The position numbers were made by a program, and so were the translations under genes. DNA of 64,000 nt. It comes from Dendrobates tinctorius (taxonomy: Eukaryota). Within the stretch, counting starts at the first letter, position 1. The number at the start of each line of letters is the position of its first letter. The DNA lies in contig NW_027361690.1 of the NCBI RefSeq assembly GCF_039654945.1, positions 97,712,001 to 97,776,000 of the forward strand, written 5' to 3'. Of this stretch, positions 63,469 to 64,000 are shown in pieces. The notes below the pieces were generated by a model. That model worked only from the letters and a program-made list of their open reading frames with translations, ran no database searches and was not told where the DNA came from.

Positions 63469-64000
63469 GGAGACCACCAGAGACCCCATCTGCCTGTATG
63501 TCCTTATCCACACTTTCTTCTGTTCGATTTTAAGAATTTACAATAAATGATGTATTTTTAACTGAAGTCCAGCACTGGAGATTCCATCCTTTATTTTGCT
63601 ACAGTCAACTTTTAGAGTGAGTACACCAGGGAATGGATGGCGTGGGGTGAGCAGTCGGAGAGGGAGTCAACCTTCTCTTGTCGCTTTCCCGCCAAGTCTC
63701 CTTCCTTCCCGCGCTCAGTCCTCTTTTTATATTCCCCGCGCCCCCTGTTGTCCAGCGTGAAGGTCCTCCCCCAACAGGGGTGACAGTCCCGATAGTTCTG
63801 GCCCCAAAGGGCACCGGAGACCGTTGACTCTGTCTCTGCTCATCTTCTTACATATGGATGACCGTTCTTATAATTTTGCTTCCTGCCTTTGAGTGTAGAA
63901 GTACATTGACTACACTTTGTCCACAAAATTTTAATGATGCACTCCATTTGGTGCCTTCAAGGGTGCATGGATGACCGTCCTTATAATTTTTTTTTTTTTT

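Larger units (their letters stand above)
60245..63600. mobile_element. Penelope-like insertion made of two inverted 3' halves, with 14-bp TSD, interrupted by the Tc1
   Basis: ACAGTCAACTTTTA at both 60231-60244 and 63601-63614. GIY-YIG pieces on minus (60798..61115) and plus (about 61110-61350, resuming at 62959); Cys-rich CGHHPCKVC linker precedes VIYVIEC..YVG. Confidence 0.9.

Noticed and set aside
59384-63660. Minus-strand open frame of about 130 codons reconstructed after removing the MITE and the Penelope insertion
   Set aside because: No early ATG, upstream stop codons and no recognisable homology; cannot be supported as a disrupted exon without a database search.

Overview
Vertebrate genomic DNA, very probably a frog (anuran) judging from the repeat families. 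It holds two complete host genes head-to-head across a short CpG-rich promoter: MTHFS (minus strand, 3 coding exons, 204 aa) and ZFAND6 (plus strand, 5 coding exons, 203 aa). The rest is dense transposon material: two near-identical full-length Tc1 elements (one with an intact 340-aa DD34E transposase), older Tc1 relics, a decayed Gypsy element, a solo LTR, CR1 and L1-like fragments, piggyBac-, pogo-, hAT- and Harbinger-like MITEs, and Penelope-like (GIY-YIG) fragments. The most notable observation is a set of short non-coding retro-insertions carrying ribozyme folds. Several carry the minimal hammerhead typical of Penelope elements. Three insertions with unrelated sequences (about 3.7 kb, 5.2 kb and 51.2-51.7 kb) instead carry a co-varying HDV-like double-pseudoknot fold on the minus strand. 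Two of them are longer-than-unit repeats flanked by 13-14 bp target-site duplications, which suggests a family of HDV-ribozyme 'retrozymes'. All folds were derived by eye; none is computed or tested. Repeat boundaries are approximate unless TSD/TIR positions are quoted.
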